From positions 434,001 through 498,000 of the IMG/VR virus record IMGVR_UViG_3300005613_000001: DNA of 64,000 nucleotides; one strand, given 5' to 3'. Below, piece after piece: positions 40,847-50,875 of the stretch (its first letter is position 1; each line of letters starts with the position of its first letter). Both the position numbers and the translations under genes were made by a program. The notes under the pieces were generated by a model that did no database searches, was not told the origin of the DNA, and saw only the letters and a list, made by a program, of their open reading frames with translations.

Positions 40847-41427
40847 TAGATGTCCTTTTTGACTAAATTTAGTCCTTGAGCTAGATTAAAATACTGGATT
40901 TTAAGGAGTTGAGAACAAATTAAACCGATAAGAGTAGTATAGAGGGCTGTAGACATACCTCCACTCATGCTGCTTAACAAATCCTGTACGGACGTGATAT
41001 CACTTACATCTAAGGTGCTAAATCCAACGAGCATTAAAATAAAACCACTTACTGTTCCAATCATACCTATATTGACACACATTTCACTTGAAAACCAACC
41101 AATTTCTTCCAACCTAGATAGCTTCTCAACTTCATCTTCCCACTTTTTTCGTCTTACTTGTTGTCTTTTTCTTTGCTTTGGAGGAAGTGAAGCTTGCGGC
41201 CCAGGTCGCGGCGGCACATCCATATTCAGCACATTACTTAATTTGAATGTTTTCAATCCACACCAAGCTGAGACATATACAAATATCCCAAAAATAACAA
41301 AACTAAGTTTGGTTAAATCTCTTTCCCAAACCTTTTGAAAAGCATCCATATAAAAGGCTGCTACCACTCCCACAAGCACTAAACCGATTACAAGCCACCA
41401 TTTTAAAAATAATTTGTGTTTAATCAT
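40846..41427 (-). CDS. MotA/TolQ/ExbB proton-channel family protein
   Basis: IGMIGTVSGF and GMSTALYTTLIGL TM hairpin plus two N-terminal TMs. Confidence 0.88.
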   Translation of the reverse strand: MIKHKLFLKWWLVIGLVLVGVVAAFYMDAFQKVWERDLTKLSFVIFGIFVYVSAWCGLKTFKLSNVLNMDVPPRPGPQASLPPKQRKRQQVRRKKWEDEVEKLSRLEEIGWFSSEMCVNIGMIGTVSGFILMLVGFSTLDVSDITSVQDLLSSMSGGMSTALYTTLIGLICSQLLKIQYFNLAQGLNLVKKDI

Positions 41428-41460
41428 TATATTTTCCTCTCACAAGTAAGAGAGTAATCG

Positions 41461-41498
41461 AAAAAAAATCTCCTCGGGCCAAAGGACCGAGGAGATTT
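41461..41498 (-). terminator. Rho-independent terminator
   Basis: On minus: AAATCTCCTCGG-loop-CCGAGGAGAT followed by a T-run. Confidence 0.88.
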
Positions 41499-41521
41499 AT
41501 ATTTAATCCGGGGTTTAATTC

Positions 41522-42133
41522 TTAGCTGTTGCAGCTTGAACGAATGGACAGAAGAACGGCAACATCGGCGTCAGCGGCACCAGATTCACTGTTTGCAACC
41601 TGAATCTTGGAGACAGCCAAATCACCATTGTTGAAGATCTGCGTATCGGCAGCAGCCAACGTAAAGGTTGCTGTGGTTAGACCATTCAAGCGAACCTGAA
41701 CAGAACCAGAACCATTGTTGGTAATCTGCGTGAACACAGCGGCGGAACCGTATGTGGTCACAACATCTACCTCGTTGTCCGCAAAAGTAGTACCCGCAGT
41801 GGCGGAAATCGTGGTTGCAGCGGGATATGTATTCTCGCCAGCAACGTCAGAATAAACACTACCATCATCACTTACCACTTCAACAATTGCATCTTCAAGA
41901 GAGCACTGTGGGTAAGCAAATCTCTTCCAATAATTACAATCCGTAAATGTCTCCCCGTCAGACAACTTACGATTAATTAAATTTGGACCCATAACATAAA
42001 CTTGACGTTGCTTAGAAGGATCAATCTGATCTCCAAGCCCTTGACCCGTAACGGCACCGGCTGATGCGGTGGAGGGGTCTTTGTCCAAAAGGCCCTGTTC
42101 AACGTTGTTCAACGCAACTCTAAATACGCTCAT
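41522..42133 (-). CDS. Probable abundant virion protein (e.g. head decoration)
   Basis: A/T/S/N-rich, with frequent C-ending codons (TTC, AAC), GAGGAG SD and its own terminator. Confidence 0.6.
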   Translation of the reverse strand: MSVFRVALNNVEQGLLDKDPSTASAGAVTGQGLGDQIDPSKQRQVYVMGPNLINRKLSDGETFTDCNYWKRFAYPQCSLEDAIVEVVSDDGSVYSDVAGENTYPAATTISATAGTTFADNEVDVVTTYGSAAVFTQITNNGSGSVQVRLNGLTTATFTLAAADTQIFNNGDLAVSKIQVANSESGAADADVAVLLSIRSSCNS

Positions 42134-42201
42134 ACCTAACTCCTCAAATATGAATATACAGTATGACTCTCAATCTTCAAAAGTATATATGCAGCTATTA
42201 A

Positions 42202-42810
42202 CTATTTTAGATCCAAGATGTCCCCATTAAACATCTTTTCATAAAGAGAAGTGCCTAAACCAGTGGGTACTAAACTAGTCTTAATACCTTTTGAGGCGGC
42301 AAGATAAAGCGGTCCACACTCAACGCCTATTACCCAACCCGCATTTAGAACATCAGTAGTGATTTCTGGCTCAAACCCCTGTTTTGCAGCCATTTCGATG
42401 ACCGCCTCTTTTTGGAAATAGGACATAGATTTGACAGGATGTAAACCTTCAGGGCATATTGCGCACTTGGCTGTGGGATCATGATGGGGAACATCTACCC
42501 GTTCGCAAGCAATATTGGAATCATCTAATAAACCGATAATAGGATGTGTTCGCATATTAAATTTCAAGGGTTTAATTAAGGCAAAATCATTCTTTTTTTG
42601 GGTCATTTTAGAGTGACCAAACACCCTTGGATTATTAAACCAGCTTACAAGTTCATCTTTACAGCAAATAAAAATTTCAACACCATTTAATTCTCGTTCA
42701 AGAGTCGGTAGTAAACAATTTAATTGTACCACATATTCGGAAGACTCCCCTAAATACGATATACAAATCCTATCTTTTATTTTTGCATATATAGGTAAAG
42801 GCATTCCCAT
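42202..42810 (-). CDS. Degenerate GT9-like protein
   Basis: C-terminal WVIGVECGPLYLAASKGIKT resembles the GT9 motif (i.g.DSGp.HlAaa.g). Confidence 0.45.
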   Translation of the reverse strand: MGMPLPIYAKIKDRICISYLGESSEYVVQLNCLLPTLERELNGVEIFICCKDELVSWFNNPRVFGHSKMTQKKNDFALIKPLKFNMRTHPIIGLLDDSNIACERVDVPHHDPTAKCAICPEGLHPVKSMSYFQKEAVIEMAAKQGFEPEITTDVLNAGWVIGVECGPLYLAASKGIKTSLVPTGLGTSLYEKMFNGDILDLK

Positions 42811-43012
42811 GAGTCAATCCGATAAAGAAAAAGCCGCTGCGGCGAGGGCTGGGTTGCTAAGTTTTCTGGGTCAATTTGGCGAACCTGATCCCTATAATAA
42901 GATAGTTTTGGAAGTTCTTTTTGAGGAAATGATAAAACATGAAGGTATTTCTGTATCTGGCGAAAAGGGACAAAACAGGAGTCAAAGTGCTCGCTCATCT
43001 AAGAAGCAATAA
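42809..43012 (+). CDS. Possible small protein
   Basis: 67 aa with a CATATATAGGTA motif upstream; overlaps both neighbours. Confidence 0.3.
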   Translation: MSQSDKEKAAAARAGLLSFLGQFGEPDPYNKIVLEVLFEEMIKHEGISVSGEKGQNRSQSARSSKKQ

Positions 43013-43304
43013 GAGATTATTTGGACGAGTGACCAATCTAAAAGACTTAAATCTCCCGCAAGCATGGGAATCTAGAGTAGAAGGAATCATTCACGAAAAC
43101 AGAATGTTGTGGGAACCTTGGGTAGAAACTGCTGAGTCCTATCAAGCATTAAAGAAAGCGATGTTATCTAGGGGTTATACCGCTCTACCAAGCCACTCCA
43201 TGCCTGTAATTAGAGGGATAAACGCCTCTGACGAGGTGCAACCTAATAATACAGATAACTTTCAACCATCCAAAACTATGATCCGCAAAGGGAAAAGAAA
43301 TTAA
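42939..43304 (+). CDS. Hypothetical protein
   Basis: 121 aa ORF with a GAGG SD. Confidence 0.6.
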   Translation: MKVFLYLAKRDKTGVKVLAHLRSNKRLFGRVTNLKDLNLPQAWESRVEGIIHENRMLWEPWVETAESYQALKKAMLSRGYTALPSHSMPVIRGINASDEVQPNNTDNFQPSKTMIRKGKRN

Positions 43305-43609
43305 TCCCTTTTCTTAACAAAACAACGATGAATAGAAAATCCACCTGTAGAAACTTCAATTAAAAAAGTAGTTCCATCCACATCAGCGATGCTTCCGCCA
43401 TTCTTTTTAAAATCTTCTGCTATTTCATGAAGATTACCGTCAAAAGAGATGACATTTGCCGCAATCCTTTTAGCACTGAGTTTGGATACTACCGCTAGTC
43501 CAACCAAACTAGAACTTTTTGGTTGGTTGAATCGAGCAACATTATCCTTTTGTTCTGCTACCCATTTTTTGAAGTCTTCTAGCGATAAATAATTCATTCC
43601 CATTCCCAT
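43301..43609 (-). CDS. Hypothetical protein with capsid-targeting-like N-terminus
   Basis: ...LSLEDFKKWVAE...; 102 aa. Confidence 0.6.
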   Translation of the reverse strand: MGMGMNYLSLEDFKKWVAEQKDNVARFNQPKSSSLVGLAVVSKLSAKRIAANVISFDGNLHEIAEDFKKNGGSIADVDGTTFLIEVSTGGFSIHRCFVKKRD

Positions 43610-43610
43610 T

Positions 43611-44465
43611 TTAAGCTCCTTCTATATTGAAAAACTCATATATATCCTCTTCTTGTATATACGCTGCATTCGCATATTTAGGGCCACAAGAATGGTCTTT
43701 AATTTCTACATCTATCATTTCTTGATTCCTCAACCAATATAAATTTCCATCAATAATATCATGTGCTGTATGATGTTGTGGATACATATAGAGTTCATTT
43801 TCTAATTTTTCAGCCCCCGGTCTATTATCTTCAAAAGAATCATCACAGCACATAAGAAGAAGTTTGGTTACGCCGAAATGAAAAGCTAAACCAATTGCGG
43901 CACAAATGGGATTTCTATAATCATCTATTCTATATGCACATCCCGCCCCTGTTCCTTTATAATCCCTTTGAGGGACAGGGACATACCTATAAAGATGACC
44001 CCTATACTTTTCAATAAATTTATGATATGTTCGGGTAGATGTAATGCATTTGGGGAAATATGAATGTTTCGTTGGGAGATAAGATAAACATTCCTGATAG
44101 GGGTTATTTACAACATAATAATTAATTGCCCCTTTGTGACTTAAATCCCATTTTCGTAAAGCTGAATTAACAGCTAACACAGCGATTTGCCCTTTAGGTA
44201 ACTTGCCAATTATTTTTTGCTTTTCTTCGAAATTATACCCATCGGAAATGATAATAACATTAGGGTGCTCAATTTTGAGATCATCTATTTGTAATGATTT
44301 GTGGGAATTATTGGCTGTCTCATTATTTAAGAACACACTAAAATCTTTTTTTTGAATTAGCGTGTTTATATCTTGACAATTAGAAGTTTTTGCAAAATTG
44401 CGAACCCATATCCCTGATGTGGTTTGCAAATATTCATTGCCATTTCTGTGATTTTTTATTCTCAT
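43611..44465 (-). CDS. DUF115/Maf/MptE-like fold protein (degenerate)
   Basis: NVIIISDGYN, AVLAVNSAL, AIGLAFHFG..KLLLMCCD follow the family layout; the GxGPS loop is altered. Confidence 0.4.
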   Translation of the reverse strand: MRIKNHRNGNEYLQTTSGIWVRNFAKTSNCQDINTLIQKKDFSVFLNNETANNSHKSLQIDDLKIEHPNVIIISDGYNFEEKQKIIGKLPKGQIAVLAVNSALRKWDLSHKGAINYYVVNNPYQECLSYLPTKHSYFPKCITSTRTYHKFIEKYRGHLYRYVPVPQRDYKGTGAGCAYRIDDYRNPICAAIGLAFHFGVTKLLLMCCDDSFEDNRPGAEKLENELYMYPQHHTAHDIIDGNLYWLRNQEMIDVEIKDHSCGPKYANAAYIQEEDIYEFFNIEGA

Positions 44466-44467
44466 AA

Positions 44468-47400
44468 CTAAACTCTAGGGCAAGGAACAATTGCAACACA
44501 TTGCAATTCTTCTTCGCTAGCCCCAGTGAGCTTCTGTATGTCTAAATCAATCTTGACATTGACATCTATTGGCTTGCCCTTGTAAACCATTTCTACTTCC
44601 ATATCTTCTGGAGCTTTGAGGTAAATTTCCTCGGGTATATTATGAATTAGAGTAATAGTCTCAGGGATTCCTGTTACTTTAATGCTGTTTGGAATGCCAG
44701 AAGCATCTAGCTGAATCGATTTGGGAAAATCTTCAGGCACTAAAAGATCAATAGATTCAGGTATCGCAGGAGCAATTAATTCAATAGATTTAGGAACATC
44801 TGTAGCTGTTAACTCAATGGAAGTTGGAATTTCAAAATCAGAAACAATTTTAATTTGTTCTGGGATTTTGGGGCCATCAAATGTAATTTTTTCTGGAATA
44901 TTCCCTTCTAACTTAATAGATTCTGGCAAATCATGCTTTAATTTAATAGCCCTTGGCATCTTGGGGGCAACAACTTGAATAGTAGAAGGAATGCCAAGAT
45001 CACCAACTTCAACAGTCAAAGGGTCATCTTCTTTGAACATATCTTCATCAAAGAATCGTGATGATTGCCTGTTCTTTTTATTCTGCGAAAATGCCTGTGA
45101 GGTTGCACTAACAGAGCTAGGACACGAAACCGTCACAACACAACTAATAGTGGGTGGATCACTCCATGTAACCGTTAGGTCGGGTGCCTCCATTGTAATC
45201 TGAGTTGGTATTTCACAATCACATACAATTGCAATTTCTGATGGAATATCACAATCACATGTAACATTAATTTCGGAAGGTATATCACAATCACATACAA
45301 TTGTAATTTCTGACGGTAGATCGCCAGAGACATCAGCCCCTAAAACAACTTCAATTTGTGAGGGAAGGGATTGGCTCAAATCATCAGCCGCTCTAATTTC
45401 AATTGTCGAAGGTATTGAACCAGCGCTCTCTCCGGCTTCAATAAGAATAACCGATGTGAAATTCTCCGGCATTGCCCCAAATCCAACCTCAGATGGAATT
45501 GGTGTTTCCATTGGAGCAAATCCAACTTGGGATGGAATTGGTGTGTCCATCGAGCCGAAATCAACTCGGGATGGAATTGGTGTTTCCATTGGAGTAAATC
45601 CAACTTGTGATGGAATTGGTGTGTCCATCGAGCCGAAATTAACTTGGGATGGAATTGATTCCATTGAACCAAATTCCACTACTGAAGGCACAGCATTCCC
45701 CGTAAATTCCACTACCGAAGGTACAGCATTCCCCGTAAATTCCACTACCGATGGCACCTCATTCCCTGTAAGTGTAATCTCAGATGGAACTGTCCCTGTA
45801 AGTGTAATCTCAGAAGGCAGAGAACTCTCCCCGAATTCAACTACCGATGGCAAAGGACTGTCCGCAAAATCAATTATTGATGGTACATCATTCCCTGTAA
45901 GTGTAATCTCAGAAGGAACACTCAAACCCGTAAGTGTAATCTCAGATGGTATATCATCATTCACCTGAATCATTGATGGCACACTATCTGTAACTGTAAT
46001 CTCAGACGGCACTTCCAAACCCGTAAGCGTAATCTCAGATGGTATGTCATCCATCACCTGAAGCACTGATGGAATATCATGATTTACTTCAATTATTGAT
46101 GGAATATGATCCGTAGGTCCAAAATTAATTACCGATGGAATATCATGTTCTACTGTAATTATTGATGGAATATGATCTGTGGGTCCAAATTGAATTAATG
46201 ATGGAATATCATGTTCTACTGTAATTATTGACGGAATATGATCCGTAGGACCAAATTGAATTATTGATGGCAAGTCATGTACTACTTCAATTACCGATGG
46301 GAAAGGAAGAGGTACAGGTCCAAAATTAATTACCGATGGAATATCATGATCTACTACAATTACCGATGGAATATGATCTGTGGGTCCAAATTCAATTATT
46401 GATGGTAAATCATGCACTACTGAAATAATTGATGGAATATCATTGGGAAAATATCCAAATTCAATTAACGACGGAATATTAACAGGACTAAATGTAATAT
46501 TCGATGGAATATCAACGGGACCAAATGTAATCACAGATGGAATATCAACAGGGCTAAATGTAATCACAGACGGAATTTCAACTTCTCCGAATAAAATAAT
46601 AGACGGGAAATTAACCGCGTCTCCAACAACTGAAATTACCGAGGGTATATTGACGGGTCCAAATAAAATAATTGATGGAATGTCAAGAGGCCCAAAATTG
46701 ATTATTGATGGGATTTCAAGAGGCCCAAATTCAATTAATGTTGGGATGAAAATGTCACCAAATGGACTAAAACTTAGAAGAAAACTTGGGATATCAAAAT
46801 CTAAACTTATACAAGGAAATAAAATAGGCGGCACAATAACTTCAGGCGGCAAGAAGTCGCAGTCAGGAATATCACAATTGGGATAATCAGGAACTTCAGG
46901 AACCGGAATTTCCAATATTGGATTTACATACCCCGGAGCAGGCAAATTAGATTGGTGTCGTATAGTAGGTGTTTGCACAACTTGGCAACGAGGGTCTGTT
47001 ACAATTACCACTGGGTCAATAGTAGAATTAGGCGCATATCTGTGAGTGCCCTGTGTCTCAGTAGTGGTAAATGTTCCATCACCAAAATCTAATTTATATT
47101 GAGTGTATAGCCCTTCAATGTCTATATTGTATTCTAAATCAACACCAACACACTCATTGCTTGTCTCAGCAACCTTTGTTTCAAAGCTGCCCACTGTCAC
47201 ACAGAAATCATCTAAACACAAAGGGGTTTCATCAAGACACCGAATACGGAAATCTAAAGTTTCTGTATCAACGTCATAGTTGTAACCTATAAACTCTTCA
47301 AGATCTATTACAGCATCAGCTAACTGGTTGTGGTGTTCGGCAACTACCATACCGCGAACTATTGTGCCTGTTCGGGGGCAAATAGCAGTGCCAGCTATAG

Positions 47401-47707
47401 TTGAATTATATTGTGTTTCTTCACCACCTAGATTTCTTAAAGCCTTTTTGAGAACATTAATTTTACCATTAGCATCATATCCAACATCTGCATAATAAAA
47501 TAATTCTCCTCCTATAGTTGCAAAACCGTTGGTAGGCCAGATTTCCGTTTCATTTATCCCAACTGGCACAATATAGACTTCTTCCGACCACGGCTGATTA
47601 TCAGTCGCCAACACACTCTCTACAGTGTTATTGACTAGATAAAGCGTGTGATTGCTGTTAATCCCCAGGGGATATACAGGAGTTGGGGGGAAGTTTTGTT
47701 GTGCCAT
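44468..47707 (-). CDS. Long repeat-rich virion fibre protein with shared anchor and PKD-like domain
   Basis: N-terminal VAEHHNQLADAV anchor, DFGDG (PKD-like), then dozens of IPS-x-I repeats. Confidence 0.8.
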   Translation of the reverse strand: MAQQNFPPTPVYPLGINSNHTLYLVNNTVESVLATDNQPWSEEVYIVPVGINETEIWPTNGFATIGGELFYYADVGYDANGKINVLKKALRNLGGEETQYNSTIAGTAICPRTGTIVRGMVVAEHHNQLADAVIDLEEFIGYNYDVDTETLDFRIRCLDETPLCLDDFCVTVGSFETKVAETSNECVGVDLEYNIDIEGLYTQYKLDFGDGTFTTTETQGTHRYAPNSTIDPVVIVTDPRCQVVQTPTIRHQSNLPAPGYVNPILEIPVPEVPDYPNCDIPDCDFLPPEVIVPPILFPCISLDFDIPSFLLSFSPFGDIFIPTLIEFGPLEIPSIINFGPLDIPSIILFGPVNIPSVISVVGDAVNFPSIILFGEVEIPSVITFSPVDIPSVITFGPVDIPSNITFSPVNIPSLIEFGYFPNDIPSIISVVHDLPSIIEFGPTDHIPSVIVVDHDIPSVINFGPVPLPFPSVIEVVHDLPSIIQFGPTDHIPSIITVEHDIPSLIQFGPTDHIPSIITVEHDIPSVINFGPTDHIPSIIEVNHDIPSVLQVMDDIPSEITLTGLEVPSEITVTDSVPSMIQVNDDIPSEITLTGLSVPSEITLTGNDVPSIIDFADSPLPSVVEFGESSLPSEITLTGTVPSEITLTGNEVPSVVEFTGNAVPSVVEFTGNAVPSVVEFGSMESIPSQVNFGSMDTPIPSQVGFTPMETPIPSRVDFGSMDTPIPSQVGFAPMETPIPSEVGFGAMPENFTSVILIEAGESAGSIPSTIEIRAADDLSQSLPSQIEVVLGADVSGDLPSEITIVCDCDIPSEINVTCDCDIPSEIAIVCDCEIPTQITMEAPDLTVTWSDPPTISCVVTVSCPSSVSATSQAFSQNKKNRQSSRFFDEDMFKEDDPLTVEVGDLGIPSTIQVVAPKMPRAIKLKHDLPESIKLEGNIPEKITFDGPKIPEQIKIVSDFEIPTSIELTATDVPKSIELIAPAIPESIDLLVPEDFPKSIQLDASGIPNSIKVTGIPETITLIHNIPEEIYLKAPEDMEVEMVYKGKPIDVNVKIDLDIQKLTGASEEELQCVAIVPCPRV
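44620..46800 (-). repeat. IPSxI-based peptide repeat array with drifting unit
   Basis: Successive blocks DIPSVITFGPV, HDIPSIIEFGPTD, IPSEITLTG, PSVVEFTGNAV, TPIPSQVGF, CDCDIPSEI and IPESI. Confidence 0.85.
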
Positions 47708-47739
47708 ACCTAATTATTTACATTCTATTTTATAGATTT

Positions 47740-48411
47740 TTACCGGATGTTGCTATTTTTCCTACGCTGATTAACTTCTGTGAGACCTTGTGAATTACAC
47801 CAACCGTTTGTTTGGCTATGACAATTAGGACATAAAAATTGCAAATTAACAGGTCTATCGTCTAAAACATTTCCATTCTTGTGATCTACTTGCAATCTCA
47901 ATTCTTCTCCACACCATGAATCTCCAATTCCGCACTTCTCACAAATATATTTTCTTCCACTTTCAATCAAAGCTCGCCGCAGGACATAAGATAGATGTCT
48001 TCTACCCTCTTTTCTTTTTACAAGTATTTCATTAGCACTTTTCCTTTTATTTCCACCTTTATGTCTTTTGCCCGAGTTTGCCTTTCTTCCCAAAAAATGG
48101 CTTGTATCTATTTGATATTCTTTAATTCTTGTTTTTAAATAATTGTGAATTCCACCGTGCCACTTTACGCCCAAATGATTACAAAGTTCTGCATACGATA
48201 CACTTTTGGCTACTGCATCTTGCAATACTTCTTTAGTATATTTGCGTGGATGATTTCGCCCGACAAAGTGTGATGTGTTTATTCCAAACAATTTAGCTTT
48301 CTTTTGCACGTTGCAAATGTTTCCTCCATGTACAGGCAGTCCCAAACCCCTCACTACGCCACTCCAAGTTATATTTTCGGAAATCAAATATTGTAATTTT
48401 TCTTTGTCCAT
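47740..48411 (-). mobile_element. Free-standing HNH homing endonuclease
   Basis: CEKC...LQVDHKNG...D.R..NLQFLCPNCHSQT plus duplicated N-terminal helical repeats. Sits between two paralogous fibre genes; likely start 48411, 5 nt after TATATA. Confidence 0.88.
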
Positions 48412-48456
48412 ATGTTTATATATTAAATCATCCACTTTTTTTCATCATCCACTGGT

Positions 48457-50868
48457 CTAATATATTGCCATCATCCATTGATCGCCAGAAGGTCTTGCTC
48501 CTAGAGATGAAAATGTAAGGTCCGCCTCATTAAATTTAATAAAGGCATTAGGACTATAATCAAAGCTCATATAAGCCCTTCTGTCATCATCCGACACAGC
48601 AAGAAGTGGCTGGTCTAAATTACTAAATCCTGCCACGGTTTTATCTTGAAGTGATCCAAAAGCAACAGAATTTGTTCCTGCACCACCTGTTTCCCATACG
48701 CCGCTTGTATCGTTGTAAGCGGAAATATTAGCTGAGTTATTTAAAAAGTACATGCCACTTGTTAAACCAACCAATTGACCTTCTAGTTTTGTAGTGCCAG
48801 CTATATCCACTAGTTTTTTAAGATCCCTAAGGGGATTTGATAAAATGCCTTCCGTTCGGTAGAAGCTTTTGATTCTAAAAAATGCTCCAACACCATCATT
48901 TCTTGCAAAATATCCAACATTATTTTTTGTTGCAGCCCGATAAACACTGAAATGTCCTTCTTCTGGCACACCTGTTGTGGGGTCATAGTTTGCTATATTT
49001 TGCTGAAGTTCGTCCGCCCCATTTAAATAATTAGCAAATTGAAAGTCAACTGAAGTGCTAGACAAGTCTGTTACATCTACGGCGAGTTTTGCTGCATTTG
49101 TAGGAGATGTATCAGGCGGTATTACAGCATCGGTTGTATTTCCTAGAATGAAGTAAGCATTAGAATAGATGTTCATACCTACCCAATTCCACGGTCTTGA
49201 AACTGTAGGAACACCGGGAGTGATATAAACGTCATCAAACCCATTAAACTCTCTAATTTTAATTTTCTCTGTGGCAGGAGACGCTGCGGAATCTCGTCCA
49301 CCAGCCCAAAACAGCAACGATGTGCCATGAGCAACAGCCCCAGATGTAGTTGTAGATCGTTGAGAGAAGAATGTATTTCTTTTAAATTCTCTTAACAACT
49401 GTTCTGCATTATCATGGTCTTTAAGAAAATCTGTGTTTCTGCTGATAGTCAAAGGCGTTGATCGCGTTTTAAAGGTTTCGCTAATCAACCCAAATTCGCG
49501 TACTGAAGCTTGTCCGTTTGAATATATCCACAACCATACATTTTCTCGCTCTACTACATCAAATGCATCTTCATAAGTTGTAATTCTATAAGCACCATAT
49601 TCTGTATCGACTCTTAAAATTAAATCATATAATCCACCAACACTATAAGAAGCCCTGGTAGAGCGGGCGTTTCCATGCGTTAAGTCATCACTAAGCTCCC
49701 AGTTGTAATCTACAATTGGATCAATAGCGCTACCTTGAGCATCCAATAACTCCCCGGCATATGAAACACTTGGAGTATTGGGATTTTCCCCTTCCGCTAT
49801 CACTAAATCTATAAAAGTATCTACAGGTGTTTTGATAAAGGGTGTTGTTACAAAAGGCCCGCCCAATGGACTACCCTGTGTAACATCTTGTCCGCTTCTC
49901 TGGTCAATTTCAATAATAGCTTCATCTGGGGCGGGGATTCTCGCTTGGATATAATCGTAAAATGTAACTGTGTCCGTCCCATATCTATTTCTCACCGTGA
50001 AACTAACATCATATTTGCCCGGAGAAGTATATGTTTTAGTAATATTGCCACCATCAATGTCTAGCACCTTTACTCCTACCTGCTCCACAGGAACTACACT
50101 AGCTACTGAAATGGTTGAAGGGCAACCTGATATATCAAGATAATTACAATGTTCCACTAAAGCACAAGATATAGATGATATTGTTGAGATTGTTGAAATA
50201 CAAGAAATATTAGAAATACACGATATCATTGAACAATCATAATCACCAAAATCCCATTCAAAAACCGTGGGAGATACAAGGCAGTATTTTTCATTTGTGC
50301 CATACCAATTGCCCCCCATATTAAAACTTTTCTCTGTAAATGTAACCTTGAAAGGAACTAAACCAACTTGCTTATCCACCGAAAACCAAGCTCTCGGTTG
50401 TAAGACCAATCGGTGTAGGAAGTTGATGCGCCCCTCCATTGTGTCGCCATAAGGAGCTAAATCAATAGTTCCCTTGATTCCAACAAAGGTTTCAATAGCA
50501 ATAATGGCATCTTTTAAAGCATTGTGATATTCCGCCATTACGTTTTGAGTGACATTAGTGACCCTTTTCGGCTTGGCAACATCTGTATGTGTTGATAGTA
50601 AAGACAAACCACTGAAAGTAAATGAATTATCACTCTCCTGTGATTTTGCACTATAATTGAAAGATATAGCACGATCATCTACATCACTACATTGCTCCGT
50701 AAGAGTGATATATCCTGTAGAGGGGAAATTGTTATAAATATCAACATCGCCCTCAACACTAATACTTGTGTCCCCAGGAGTATAATCATCTGTTAATCGC
50801 AACCTTAAAGCATCATGGGCAATTAATAAATTTTGTTCTGTATCAAGTGACTCTGGATAATTACTCAT
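48457..50868 (-). CDS. PKD-domain virion protein (fibre family paralog 2)
   Basis: VMAEYHNALKDAI anchor; F.WDFGD...YTSPGKYDVSFTV PKD motifs with a Cys/Ser/Ile-rich insertion. Confidence 0.8.
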   Translation of the reverse strand: MSNYPESLDTEQNLLIAHDALRLRLTDDYTPGDTSISVEGDVDIYNNFPSTGYITLTEQCSDVDDRAISFNYSAKSQESDNSFTFSGLSLLSTHTDVAKPKRVTNVTQNVMAEYHNALKDAIIAIETFVGIKGTIDLAPYGDTMEGRINFLHRLVLQPRAWFSVDKQVGLVPFKVTFTEKSFNMGGNWYGTNEKYCLVSPTVFEWDFGDYDCSMISCISNISCISTISTISSISCALVEHCNYLDISGCPSTISVASVVPVEQVGVKVLDIDGGNITKTYTSPGKYDVSFTVRNRYGTDTVTFYDYIQARIPAPDEAIIEIDQRSGQDVTQGSPLGGPFVTTPFIKTPVDTFIDLVIAEGENPNTPSVSYAGELLDAQGSAIDPIVDYNWELSDDLTHGNARSTRASYSVGGLYDLILRVDTEYGAYRITTYEDAFDVVERENVWLWIYSNGQASVREFGLISETFKTRSTPLTISRNTDFLKDHDNAEQLLREFKRNTFFSQRSTTTSGAVAHGTSLLFWAGGRDSAASPATEKIKIREFNGFDDVYITPGVPTVSRPWNWVGMNIYSNAYFILGNTTDAVIPPDTSPTNAAKLAVDVTDLSSTSVDFQFANYLNGADELQQNIANYDPTTGVPEEGHFSVYRAATKNNVGYFARNDGVGAFFRIKSFYRTEGILSNPLRDLKKLVDIAGTTKLEGQLVGLTSGMYFLNNSANISAYNDTSGVWETGGAGTNSVAFGSLQDKTVAGFSNLDQPLLAVSDDDRRAYMSFDYSPNAFIKFNEADLTFSSLGARPSGDQWMMAIY

Positions 50869-50875
50869 TTCACTC

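Noticed and set aside
39612-41427. Zorya (zorAB) defence system or flagellar motAB
   Set aside because: The partner lacks an OmpA-like peptidoglycan-binding domain, the A subunit lacks the long ZorA tail, and no zorC/D/E or flagellar genes are present.
41428-41460. CTCTC/GAGAG hairpin overlapping the SD of the MotA-like gene as a translational switch
   Set aside because: Only a 5-bp stem, too weak to call without folding calculations or conservation data.
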